A stretch of DNA of 64,000 bases, taken from the IMG/VR virus record IMGVR_UViG_3300033075_001751, positions 69,959 to 133,958 of that record; one strand, 5' to 3'. A program made the position numbers and the translations under genes. This DNA is from a virus. Lineage: Duplodnaviria > Caudoviricetes. Shown here one piece after another: positions 47,417 to 57,880 of this stretch. Numbering within the stretch: position 1 is the stretch's first letter; each line of letters begins with the position of its first letter. The notes under the pieces are model-generated. The model saw only the letters and a program-made list of their open reading frames with translations, made no database searches and was not told where the DNA came from.

Positions 47417-47969
47417 GGGGCTGAATGGAATCGACAGGATATGATCGATTATGAAGGCATGCAAGGGTGATTCCTTTGAAAGATCAACACTTTTAGTTGG
47501 CAACAACACTTCTTCCCCTGAACTCTCCAGCATGTTTGTTGGAAGCGATGGCGTACTGAACACGAACGAAAGCGTGTTCGCTTTTTCTGCTCCGGTTGCG
47601 CAAGCAGCTTGACACCAGGGAACTCAGTGCCCTTGAAAAGACTGAGTGGTGGATGGGTTAGTGGTTTCCACACCCCCAATTAAGCATGTGATTCCTTTGT
47701 AGTTTGTTGTTTCTCTGGACCCGGGTTTGGTTCGGACCCACACAGTAGGGATACTGTGTTAAAAATCACTTGAATTGCTGGAAAGCTAAGTTTAGTTGCG
47801 TGACTAGATATGCCGATCAGCAGCCAATCCTACTGGAAGAAGTAGGCAGGTTCAGAGACTAGGGATGCTACGGCAAGCCCACAGCAAGTGACACCCAGAA
47901 CGGGTGATGAGATAGTCCAATCCTCTAAGAAATTAGAGATTTTCGGGATAGCGAATCCCGGCAGCTCCA
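47417..47969 (+). ncRNA. ssrA: tmRNA (exons 47417-47727 and 47952-47969)
   Basis: GGGGCTG/CAGCTCC-A acceptor with G3:U70; tag frame 47499-47612 ending AQAA-stop; spliced T arm CCGGG-TTCGAAT-CCCGG. Confidence 0.92.
47728..47951 (+). mobile_element. group I intron (224 nt, no ORF) in the tmRNA T-loop
   Basis: P1 GGGTT/GACCC with U:G at the splice site; P AATTGCTGGAAA; Q TCAGCAGCC; R GTTCAGAGACTA; S GATAGTCC; P3 TCACTT/AAGTGA; terminal G. Confidence 0.92.
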
Positions 47970-48048
47970 CAGTATTTGCGTTGCAATCTCAGTCACGGGA
48001 GCAACGTTCATTCAAAGACAGGAGAAAGTGGCTGATACTCCTGTACCA

Positions 48049-48122
48049 GATCGGGTAGTTCAACGGCGAGGATACCTGGCGTGTAGTCAGGGGTGTTGGT
48101 TCGAATCCAGCCCCGATCACCA
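48049..48122 (+). tRNA. atypical tRNA, nominal anticodon TGT (Thr)
   Basis: Full cloverleaf with encoded CCA, but loop CGTGTAG (G33) and a 3-nt variable loop. Confidence 0.65.
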
Positions 48123-48183
48123 ATTTAGTTTTGGAGTTTAAGCATTAGCGCGTTCTTTCTTGTGCGGTGCAATGCCGCACATT

Positions 48184-48273
48184 GGCGATGTGTAGGTCAA
48201 GAGGTTTATTGAGAAATTATCGGTACCGATAGTGTCTTGTAAATTTCGGGAAGTTCGATTCTTCTCATCGCCA
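48184..48273 (+). ncRNA. tRNA-like RNA with a stemless D region and one long helix
   Basis: Acceptor GGCGATG/CATCGCC-A, T arm GGAAG-TTCGATT-CTTCT, ~19-bp interrupted helix in place of the anticodon arm. Confidence 0.6.
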
Positions 48274-48300
48274 CATTGAAAATTTACTTATTTTCGAATT

Positions 48301-48711
48301 ATGAAAATGAAATTTGCATTTGTAATGGTGTTCGCGGTGCTCATGAGCTTCGCGGTACCGAACAGTTGCAAAGCCTCCGTCTTGGATGACGATGTTGGCT
48401 TCGCGATTGAGAACTGTGAAAACAGTACTAATTGTTCGATTTTGAATTTTGATTTTTCACCAGGCGTGCATTCGGATCAGACGATCGAAGTTGCTCATAC
48501 CGGTGTTTTCAAGGGAGCGTTTACGTTGTCCCGCGAAGCTGTGCTGCAAACGTTCAAACCCTTTAAATATTGGGAGGGTGGAACCACGAAAGCACGATTA
48601 TACACACTGAACAGTATTTACAGTTGTGTATTGACATTTACCTCTCCTACCATTGTTGCCCGTCCGTTCGGAAAGGATATCCGCCGGTTGTGTTATGGCG
48701 AGAAGGAGTAA
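48301..48711 (+). CDS. secreted protein
   Basis: N-terminal signal peptide; terminator 48727-48757. Confidence 0.6.
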   Translation: MKMKFAFVMVFAVLMSFAVPNSCKASVLDDDVGFAIENCENSTNCSILNFDFSPGVHSDQTIEVAHTGVFKGAFTLSREAVLQTFKPFKYWEGGTTKARLYTLNSIYSCVLTFTSPTIVARPFGKDIRRLCYGEKE

Positions 48712-48757
48712 GTTATTTCGAAAATCAAAAAGCCGGGTGTAACAGCCTGGCTTTTTT

Positions 48758-48834
48758 GGATCTATAGCTCAGTTGGTTAGAGCATCCGACTCATAATCGG
48801 ACGGTCGCAGGTTCAAGTCCTGCTGGATCCACCA
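48758..48834 (+). tRNA. tRNA-CAT (elongator Met or lysidine Ile2)
   Basis: Canonical cloverleaf, loop CTCATAA, encoded CCA; G1:C72 pair so not an initiator. Confidence 0.93.
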
Positions 48835-48864
48835 CACATTACCAAGTGCGTTCTTTTCGATTCC

Positions 48865-48889
48865 AAGGAGCCCTTCGGGGCTCCTTTTT
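48865..48889 (+). terminator. intrinsic terminator
   Basis: AAGGAGCCC-TTCG-GGGCTCCTT-TTT. Confidence 0.8.
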
Positions 48890-48908
48890 ACATTTTACTT
48901 CGAATCCT

Positions 48909-49379
48909 ATGACTGTAAAAGAGATGTTTTCAAAGTTGATTGGGGCAAACTATTTGCTGTCCAAACCAAATCACTATATCAAAAAGAAGGATCCTTTGAG
49001 GTATACTCTGCGGTCCTGGCTTTATCAAAATCGAGAAAGGGTTTTGAGTGTTTTCACCATGCTCTATGAAGACGATGGTGACGTAACCAAGACCGGCGGA
49101 TTGATGAGTGAATTGGTAAAAGCTCATAAAGAAATTGAACTTTTGACAACACGAAACACAGCTTTGCGCCGCAACAATAACATTGAAAACAGTAAAATGC
49201 TGCAAGATCTTAGACAAAAGATTCAAGATCTGGAGTTTCGAATTGAAGTACTGCAGCAATTTCGTCACACTGAATTCAAGTCTCCTACTGCTGAAGAATC
49301 TGAGCGTGCCGGTCGAGATGTAGAAGAAGCGCAAAAAATAATTAGCGAAAGAAAAAAAGAAAAGGAAAAAGAAAGATGA
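48909..49379 (+). CDS. coiled-coil protein
   Basis: Start MTVKE. Confidence 0.65.
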   Translation: MTVKEMFSKLIGANYLLSKPNHYIKKKDPLRYTLRSWLYQNRERVLSVFTMLYEDDGDVTKTGGLMSELVKAHKEIELLTTRNTALRRNNNIENSKMLQDLRQKIQDLEFRIEVLQQFRHTEFKSPTAEESERAGRDVEEAQKIISERKKEKEKER

Positions 49380-49792
49380 AAAAAGATAGAAGTACGCCTG
49401 AAGAGAAACAGAACCTCAAGATCGTTGACATGCTTGAATCCAAAGCTGACTGTGCGTTGGGTCTTCAGATGTTGCGTGACAAACCGTTGGGCGAAGTTCA
49501 ACGAATACTCGATAAGGTAAACTTCAACAAGGAGCTTCATGGAAAAAAGAAGCCCATTTCACCTTATCGGGCTATGATTGTTCTTTCTATGTTTGAAGTT
49601 GACATTGAGATACTTTCAAGTGGATATTTTAAAAGTCGGAATATTTATTTGGAAGGTATGTGGGATAAACTTTACCATCTTAATCGGAATATGTTTCCTC
49701 TCAAGGATTTTGAGTTGCATTACAGCATTTACAATTATGATCCTGAGTTTTGTGAGCTCATTGGAATTAAAAAGACCAATCCTGTTTCGTAA
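49376..49792 (+). CDS. N-module family protein 26
   Basis: LKIVDMLESKADCALGLQML. Confidence 0.78.
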   Translation: MKKDRSTPEEKQNLKIVDMLESKADCALGLQMLRDKPLGEVQRILDKVNFNKELHGKKKPISPYRAMIVLSMFEVDIEILSSGYFKSRNIYLEGMWDKLYHLNRNMFPLKDFELHYSIYNYDPEFCELIGIKKTNPVS

Positions 49793-50241
49793 TGGCAAAA
49801 CAAGACCGATCACGTAAATCACGTTGGGGAATCCTCAACGATGAACAGATGAAAGTCGTTGAAATCCTTTCCAGTAGTGAACCAGCAATAGGTTATCAAA
49901 TGCTGAAGCAGTTTACACAAGGATCCATTGCAATGATTTTGGACAAAACTGTATTTCAGAACATTGGGGGTTACGCGACCGTTGAACGCAAACCTTACTC
50001 TCTTCCAGTAATGGGGTGCAGGTTTTTGGTTTTCAACTCTCTTTTTTCTTTGGATGTACAGCATTGTACTTTTTCGTCTACTCACCTTTCAATGGATGGT
50101 TTGTGGAATCAAATTACAATTACACCGGAAGATTGGTATGAAAAGCCCGATAAAGACGGCAAGCTAATCTGGTTCATTTTTGATTACCGCAAAGGATTTT
50201 GTGAGTCTCTTGGAATTGAACGAATATCTTACCCCGTATGA
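49792..50241 (+). CDS. N-module family protein 27
   Basis: MKVVEILSSSEPAIGYQML. Confidence 0.75.
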   Translation: MAKQDRSRKSRWGILNDEQMKVVEILSSSEPAIGYQMLKQFTQGSIAMILDKTVFQNIGGYATVERKPYSLPVMGCRFLVFNSLFSLDVQHCTFSSTHLSMDGLWNQITITPEDWYEKPDKDGKLIWFIFDYRKGFCESLGIERISYPV

Positions 50242-50645
50242 GAAAAAAGCCAATTCCGCCCGATTGGGAGAAGATCACCGAACTGCTGGAAAAGGATGAG
50301 TCCGCTGCAATCGGTGTTCAAATGTTGCGACAATTGCCTTTTCAAGTAGTGTGGACAATTTTGAAATATACGAGGTTCTATTCTAATATTCCAAATACGG
50401 GAGATGCGCAAAAAACGTATCGCTTTCTTGTACTCAACAGTTTGTTTTCTTTCAATCTGGAAGAGACTTGTGAAGCTACTTTCAATGGCAGATGCATTTC
50501 TATGAAAGGTATTTTCGATCAGTTCGAAACAGCGGATTCAATCAGGATGCCTGACAAAGAACCGTCTCTGTCATGGATCGTCTATAACTACGACAAGGCT
50601 TTTTGTAAAAAATTAGGAATTAAAAAACTAAGTCAAATAACATGA
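50238..50645 (+). CDS. N-module family protein 28
   Basis: EKITELLEKDESAAIGVQML. Confidence 0.78.
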   Translation: MRKKPIPPDWEKITELLEKDESAAIGVQMLRQLPFQVVWTILKYTRFYSNIPNTGDAQKTYRFLVLNSLFSFNLEETCEATFNGRCISMKGIFDQFETADSIRMPDKEPSLSWIVYNYDKAFCKKLGIKKLSQIT

Positions 50646-51618
50646 AAAAGTACATTTTTAGCTTGCTTTGTTTGTTTGCGGTATCATGTTCGATGCCTGA
50701 TTCTGATACAAAAGAAGGAATTCGCCAGCTTGAACATCTGGGTTACACTGAGATTGTAGCTTATGATAACACAGATGTTTTTTTCAATTGTTGCGGCGAA
50801 GGGTATAACTACACCTCTAAATTTACCGCAAAAGATCAAGATGGTACAGAAGTGCATGGATGCATTTGTGCTACTCTTGGAAAGTCAGTTGTCGTCAAAT
50901 TTATCGCCGAATGAAAAAGCTACTATTTCTGATCCCCTTGCTGATGCTTTGGGGATGTAATGCTTACGAACATCAAGTTGCTACTGATTGTCCAAATGGA
51001 CCAGGTTCGGGTAAATATCAGTGTGTTAGTGATGTTCCGCCTTACATCGAGGAATATGTCGATATGCTAGAAAAAGACACAATGGCTCTTTTTCGACACA
51101 TGCGGTTTATTGTGGAAGAAGAAGATGTTCATTGGGTTTACCGCATGGAGTCTCAAAATCTTCAAATTGATTCCCGGTACAGGACCGCCAAAGTAGAGCA
51201 GTGGAGAACTACACTAATTTGGTTTTTTGGCATTGCTGCTGGTTTGGTATTGCTTATTCTTTTGGTAAGAATGATTCAAGTGGCTATTTCAAACGCTATG
51301 TCAATCCAATATCTTCGAAAAGATGCTGCTCAAGCAGAAATGAGAGCTGCGGAAGAATTGCAAAAAGCTGGAATCTCGGTAGGTACACGAGAGTCAGATC
51401 TGATTGCAAAACAAGCGATGATGATCGACAGTCTCACTGAACAGAATGACATGATGATATCGGAAGAAATGGAGCTCAACAAAGAAGCTCAACAACAAAG
51501 AGCTTTTAATGCCAAGATCTATATTCAGGCTTGTGACATTGAAAAACGAGAAGGAGCACATTGTTCGGAAGAAGTTCTTGCTCTCGTCAGAGAAATTACA
51601 TCACACTGCAGGTCATGA
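50642..51618 (+). CDS. two putative lipoproteins (50642-50914; 50911-51618)
   Basis: Lipoboxes AVSC and LWGC; the second has a TM segment and coiled coil. Confidence 0.6.
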
Positions 51619-54451
51619 GCAAGAAAAAAAAAGTAGTTTCTGCTGAAGAATTAACATTTCTTCGTAGTCTGGAAGCAAAAGATGAAAACGGAAAGGTTGT
51701 GATCACATTAACCGCTCAACCTTACTGTATTGGAATGTATCTTGTTCAAAATCATCAACAAGGAGCTATTACTCACGAAGCTTATTGGAAATATTCGCAA
51801 AAGCTTCTCAAAGAACTGAAAAAAGACAATATCTCTTTTACGTCTTCTGACTCAAAGTACGCAGATTTCATGTCTGTAGAGGACATTGAAAATTACATCC
51901 TAAGATCATGACTGAAATTGAAAGAAACGACAAAATCGTAAACAAGATTGATAAACCTATGAGACGGCTGAAAGTAGCCAACTTCTTGGTGACTTTATCT
52001 CTTGCTTTATCGGTTATAGGGATGTTGGGATGTTGGACATATCTCATTTTCGACATACCTTCTTTGTATGCAGTAATGATTTTGATCGGAACAATTGTTT
52101 CGCTTACCGGCTACAAGTATGCAGTAGACTGGCAAGCAAAAGTCTTTGATGCTTTTCTCAAAGCTACCCGGACAATGATAAATGAGCTGAACGATCTCTT
52201 TCACGACGAAGACGACGAAGATGGATGATGAGAAAGTAATGATCTGGTACTACAAATACAATCCTTGGGTTATGGGAGGTCGTGTACATCAGCCGGTACA
52301 GGAGTTTGTAGACATCATTGAAGAGCGCGACATGGGAAAAGGTATCATTTGCTTCTCTTTTATCCTCAGCAACGGTGAAATGGGAATTGCAGATCAAGCA
52401 ACCCGAGGACTTGTAGGAAATACCTTTGAACAGGTCCAAAAAGATGTGGACGAGGGAGATCCTGAAGTTATGCGCAAACAACAAGAACGTTTTTTGAAAG
52501 TATTGGAAGATGAAGGTTGGGTAATTACAAAATGAAAAAGATCAAACATTGGATTTGGAAATGGCGGCTTGCCCGAGTGTCAAACAAAGAAGTGGAAACC
52601 GAATTTGAGGCTCTTGAACTCATGGAGAAGTTCGAGCCCGGGTTCACGGTTCGCTATTTGGAGCATTCGCCAATATCGCACTGGGAATTTGGAAAAGACT
52701 TGCGAAACGTTGTGCATGCTAATTTCGGATATGAGAACACAGTGCAAGCCTGGTTGGATACAAGAACCACTCTAAACGCTATTCGAAACATGATGCTTTC
52801 TTGTACTTACAATACGTTCGATATCTGCAAGTTGTATCCTTATTCCAAATGGTTGAAACAAGACGACTTCTTTGCGGAGGTCAAACGTCAGCTCGCGGAA
52901 CAACAACAGAAAGAAAATGAGCACTAAAATCTATAATGCATACCGGGTTTCTAAAAAAACTGACCTGAAAGAGTTGTTGAAACAGATGCGGGAGATTGCA
53001 TGTGATGAAGCTTCTAAAGACGCTAGGTTTTTGAAAGCTGTGTGGCGAAGATGTATGCAAATTGTTAACGCCAATCCAAAATCTGTCGATTGGAAAGATG
53101 ATTTCAAACAGGAGTTTGGAATTTATCAATTTGAAAAAGTATTTTTTGAAAGCAGGCGTGACAACGATGAAAGAATTGCAGATGGATCCATTGAACCGGT
53201 AATATGGTTTGATTCAAAGTGGTGGTACTTGAAGTTCCATTCCAATAGTCTTTTTGCAAGAAATGTTGAGAAAAGAATCTCTCAAATACCTGGTATCGAA
53301 GACTATCATTTTCAAGATCAAACAGATGCCCCAGAAAATATTTCCTCTGCTGAATTCAAAAGGCGCGGTAAAAAATGGGACACTTTGCTTGACGAAGATG
53401 ATTCGTTTTCATCATTCATGACTCTACCGGTGTTTACTGCTCACCAGTTTACAAAACTGGTTCAGAGACAATGGTACACCGGAACAAAAGACCTGTACTC
53501 GCATCTCGCTTATCAATTTGACGATTATGAAAGTCACACTGGATCTTAAAACCAACGATAACAAAAACCTTTTGCGTTCAATCCGGAGGTGTTTGTCGAT
53601 CTCCGAATGGGATGATTCGAAAAAGACAACTGAGATCAAGCGTCTCATTGCCGAGCGCGAAGACATTGTTGACTCAGCCATCGAAAGAGTCAAAACACAA
53701 CCCGGTACAAAACCGATTACCAAGGAACGTGCATTTGAGCTAACGTATGCTCGACCTGTTGAAAAACAAGAACAATACCCGACCATGGTGAGTTGGGAAC
53801 GGTTCATGAAAGCCTTGGACATCTACGCTGACGCAAAGGTTGAACAATACAAAAAGTCAAAACGATGAAAGTAGTCCTTCATTTTTGCATTGCTATTTTT
53901 CTTGTCGCAGCTGTTTCTGTACTCATGGTTGTGTATGAGGTGCAAACGGAACTTGCTCTCATTGCAATTACTTCAGTTGTCCCCACATACTTCTTCGGGT
54001 TTCTTTTGATCCAAGGATCGTTGACAAAAGAGGTCAAAATCGAACGGTGGGGAGGAATTGTTCAGACTAAACGAATTTGGAGATGGGAAAAACACAAATG
54101 ACCATGAAAAACAGCATTTATCAGATCAACTTCAAAGATGAGCAACAGGATTTGCTGTTTGTCAAAGTTGAACTTTACACAGATGAACCTCACCAGGAAG
54201 GTGAAATCATTGACGTGTCGACGGGATGTTCTCCGGTGGTTGCAAAAATGTACATCGGCAACGTTGTCAATCTAAAAGACAATACGGTTGGATCAAATTT
54301 CAACTATGCGAAGCCGGCTGAAGGATTTCAAGTCGTAACGACTAAATGGATTGTAGAATCAATTGTGAAAGAAGATGATGGCAACAACAATGAAGAAGGA
54401 GAGGTTCCGCTATCCGCAGGACTTCAACGAGAAGATCAAGGAACTGCTTGA
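51615..54451 (+). CDS. run of coupled hypothetical proteins (51615, 51908, 52221, 52532, 52917, 53527, 53865, 54098)
   Basis: Overlapping start/stop ORFs; no recognised family. Confidence 0.55.
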
Positions 54452-55034
54452 GTCTGATTCCAAATCAGATGTCAAGTTGGGGATCATGCTGCTATTGCGT
54501 GAAAACGGGTTTCGAGCCGGTATGACACTATGGATTGAAGATGACGAAACACTTCATCCTACACCGCTGCTGTTCCTGCACGCTAAAATAGACATGTCAA
54601 GAAATGGATCCAGCGATCGTCCCGTTATAGACCTCATGTGTCTCGATGTAATGGAGACTTGGACCGATGGAAGTGAGCCCCAGGACATAGGGGGAGTTAC
54701 CATTCAAAATTTGATCTATAAGGAAGCAATGTTCACATTTTCCTATGGTTATGTACTTACCAGAGGTATTGAGCGCATGGAGAATCGTCTTGCTGACTAT
54801 GAACGTACTGCAGATAGTTTTGCTAAGACGGTAGTAGAATTGGAAGCAAAATTTGCAAAAGCTCGTTACCAGCGCAAAGTACAAAAGCAAAACGTCAAAG
54901 ACTGTCGTGAACGTCTGGAGAGATTGAAAAACGATCCTTCTGGAAAAGAGTCGTTGGAATATCTTGCTTCTATTCAACGAAAATTGTTGTCTCAAATCAT
55001 GGTAATCGATGAAGAAGAAACCGAACAAGCTTGA
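54390..55034 (+). CDS. N-module family protein 29 (coiled-coil cargo)
   Basis: EKIKELLESDSKSDVKLGIMLL. Confidence 0.78.
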   Translation: MKKERFRYPQDFNEKIKELLESDSKSDVKLGIMLLLRENGFRAGMTLWIEDDETLHPTPLLFLHAKIDMSRNGSSDRPVIDLMCLDVMETWTDGSEPQDIGGVTIQNLIYKEAMFTFSYGYVLTRGIERMENRLADYERTADSFAKTVVELEAKFAKARYQRKVQKQNVKDCRERLERLKNDPSGKESLEYLASIQRKLLSQIMVIDEEETEQA

Positions 55035-55740
55035 CGATCAACAACTGGGGAAGATCCTTGATCTGCTTTGCAGTCCTTACACTTCGGATGATTTTTGGTT
55101 GGGTGTTCAGATGATTTTGAGTACCAATGTGTCGCAGGAACGATTCTGTTTCTTTGCTGCTCGAAACGGTAAATCTGGTGGAGATCTGATTCACATGGTA
55201 AAAGTAGTATACCGAGGAAAATCAGCTGATCCTAGTAATAATTTCGGTACTCTTGAAGGAGGTCTTCGTGATGATTTTTTAAAACATCCTTGGAAAAGAC
55301 GTGCTACACCTAGACTTCCATGGGGTTGTGTTGAAAATTATTCTTACAAAGGGGAGCGTAATCAAGAAGACTGGCAAATCGAATGGGAAAAGCGCAGACC
55401 TTCTTTATTTTTCGTTCTGAGTCAGCGATTCGATGAAACATTGAGCGAGTGGATTGAAGAAGGTGACGCAAAACACAAAGTCCGTATTTTCTTTATCCTC
55501 CTTTCGATTCTCTTGAAACTCAAAAGAGCTGCGGTTGCGTCAAAAGACTGGACCAATATGGCTAAACTTGCGGAAAAAGAATCGAGCCTGCAACACATTC
55601 GGATGTTGACTCGAATTGCTGCCGGCTACAACAGGAATGAAGGAAGCCCTGGTTTTTTAGCTTTGAGTCAGTATTCTAATGGCAACATTGCCAGACTAAA
55701 GTTTTTCAAATGGGAGCTTGAACAAGAAAGGAAAAAATGA
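55009..55740 (+). CDS. N-module family protein 30
   Basis: GKILDLLCSPYTSDDFWLGVQMI. Confidence 0.75.
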   Translation: MKKKPNKLDDQQLGKILDLLCSPYTSDDFWLGVQMILSTNVSQERFCFFAARNGKSGGDLIHMVKVVYRGKSADPSNNFGTLEGGLRDDFLKHPWKRRATPRLPWGCVENYSYKGERNQEDWQIEWEKRRPSLFFVLSQRFDETLSEWIEEGDAKHKVRIFFILLSILLKLKRAAVASKDWTNMAKLAEKESSLQHIRMLTRIAAGYNRNEGSPGFLALSQYSNGNIARLKFFKWELEQERKK

Positions 55741-57880
55741 AAAAGTCATTTGTATTATACGACAGTCGCGCATGGAACGATGTCTCCCGGGCTTCTGTCT
55801 ACACTTGCGCTGAGTCCGAAGAAGAAGCAATTACCGAGTCTGCCGATGCTGCTGAAAATGGTTGGGACGACGGAGTATGGTTCGAATATGATGAAAAAGA
55901 CAAAGACGGAAGTACCTATCTTGTCAACGAAAAGATTCGACCGGACATCATGGAAAACGCAAAAGTAAAGTCATGAAGTTCTTTAAATATCCTCTTACTG
56001 AAACCGAGAACATCAAAGCTCGGCGGTATTTGGGTTATCGTTTCCTTTCATTGTTTTCCAGAAAGTACAGGTTGGAATTGGAGCATTACGAATACTGCGG
56101 AAAATTCAATTTGTACAAATCATGAGCTGGCGGTGGTTACCTACAATCGGAGCGATTTTACTCATTCTGTTTATTTGTGATGAACGGTTGGTTCCGGTTG
56201 AATCTGCACCAAAGATTTACCTCAAAAAAGTAACGAGGGTTGATCCTGTTGTACCCTATCCTCCTGAATTGCTTGATTCCTTGTACCACACTCTTCCTGC
56301 AAGGAAAAGAGCGTCAAGGATGAGAGATTCAACAAAACTTGCAAAAAGAATGCTTGCTTTTCAACTAAAAGAAAATGGAAACTAGAAGAGACCAATTGAA
56401 AAAAGTGCTTGCTGAAAGCACTCCGGAAGTACAAGACAACGCTTTTGGATTGTTTGACCGGGAGGTAGATTCGCTTAATGCTGAGTCTCGCAAACTGACC
56501 GAGCAAATTTGCCGACTGTACTACGGTTACAAGAAAACTACCAAAGAGCAAATTCTCAAAAGACTGGAATCGGTCAAGATTGTTGTCCTTGAAAACAAAG
56601 GTGTAGGTACCATTTATGGTTACTATCAGCTTTCTGAGGAAGCCATGACAAAAATTGTAAACGATCCTCGTGGGCAAAGTTTGACATTCGATGCTTACAC
56701 TACATCCGACAATCTGATGCCTGGATTGGTGGTTGCAAAAGAATGTTTGTTTTTGGTCAAGTCTACCAGTCGGTTTTTTCTCAAACCGGACATCGGCGAA
56801 GTGCTTGACGCAATTAGTTTTCACGATTGGCGCAGTCACAACATCGTTGCTCTTTGTATTGTCAAAGGAAGCCATGAAGAACTTCCCGGTACTGATGGTG
56901 AACACTTTCTCATGACTGTTCAGCTGTTGGAGCCAAAAGTTGAATTTATCAGCGAAGCGGAAAAAGCCAAGGCTGCTGCACTATTACATTCAATGTAACA
57001 TGGAAGAAAGACCAAAAGACCGAAAACTCAGGGATGCTTTGGTGACGTACATTAAAGAGCATCTCTTGATCTTGATCATGGCTGATATGAGTGCTCCTGA
57101 GTCATTCCGGCTTAGGAAGCTGCTCGACATGCTTTTGACTGCCGTTGCCCCATACAGCGATCCCTGGGCTGCAATGGAGACAGCAATGATGAATCTTACC
57201 GGCTTGACCGATGAGCTGACCAGATTGGCTTTGGAGCAGATTCTTGTGAATTGTTCTGAAGCCAATGTTCTGGAGAGCTGCAGGATGACCCCGACCGGCG
57301 AAACAAAATTTGTCTGGACCAAATCCGTAAACGAAGTATGGGGATGCAACACACTCTATGGTGTAGCGCGTATTCATCCTCCTGAGCCTTTGACAAGTAA
57401 ATACATTTTGATCGTAGATCCTTCCACAATGGATGAAGAACCAGCTACGTTTAAAAATGAAGATCTCCGCAAGCTCATGACAATTTTTGAAAACCGCCAT
57501 TTGAGATGGGAGCGTTTGAAGAACAGTTGAGGCAGTGTGAGAAGATTGTAGAGATGACTGATGATGCCTTACTTGCAAAGATTCTTGTCAGAAGAGCTAA
57601 GATCAAGTGGTGGATGATGGGTTTGTATCTTACGAAAGTAGCTTATCCTGATACACAGGAATATACGGTTATTCGACCTTTATGGTGGATGGATAAGCTG
57701 TATAGAAGAAGAATGACGAGTATCCGTAAGCAAAATCCAGACAAATGTCTTTCATCGGAAATTCACCGTTTGATTGAATCGTATTCTACAATTGAAGCAA
57801 CACGTTTGAAAAAAGAACAAAACACAAAACAATGGCTCAACTTAACGAAAGAGATGTCGCAGTTTGCGTCTCAAGACTGA
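55737..57880 (+). CDS. run of hypothetical proteins (55737, 56122, 56375, 57000, 57506)
   Basis: Coupled ORFs. Confidence 0.55.

Noticed and set aside
47303-47679. Minus-strand ORFs 47303-47563 and 47449-47679
   Set aside because: They overlap the tRNA mimic and tmRNA on the opposite strand; spurious.
47728-47951. Homing endonuclease in the intron
   Set aside because: The intron is 224 nt with no ORF; nothing links it to the distant HNH gene at 60018.
47383-48900. Theta/HDV-like ribozymes after the tRNAs
   Set aside because: I could not fit the nested double-pseudoknot pattern by eye; a motif search is needed to exclude it fully.
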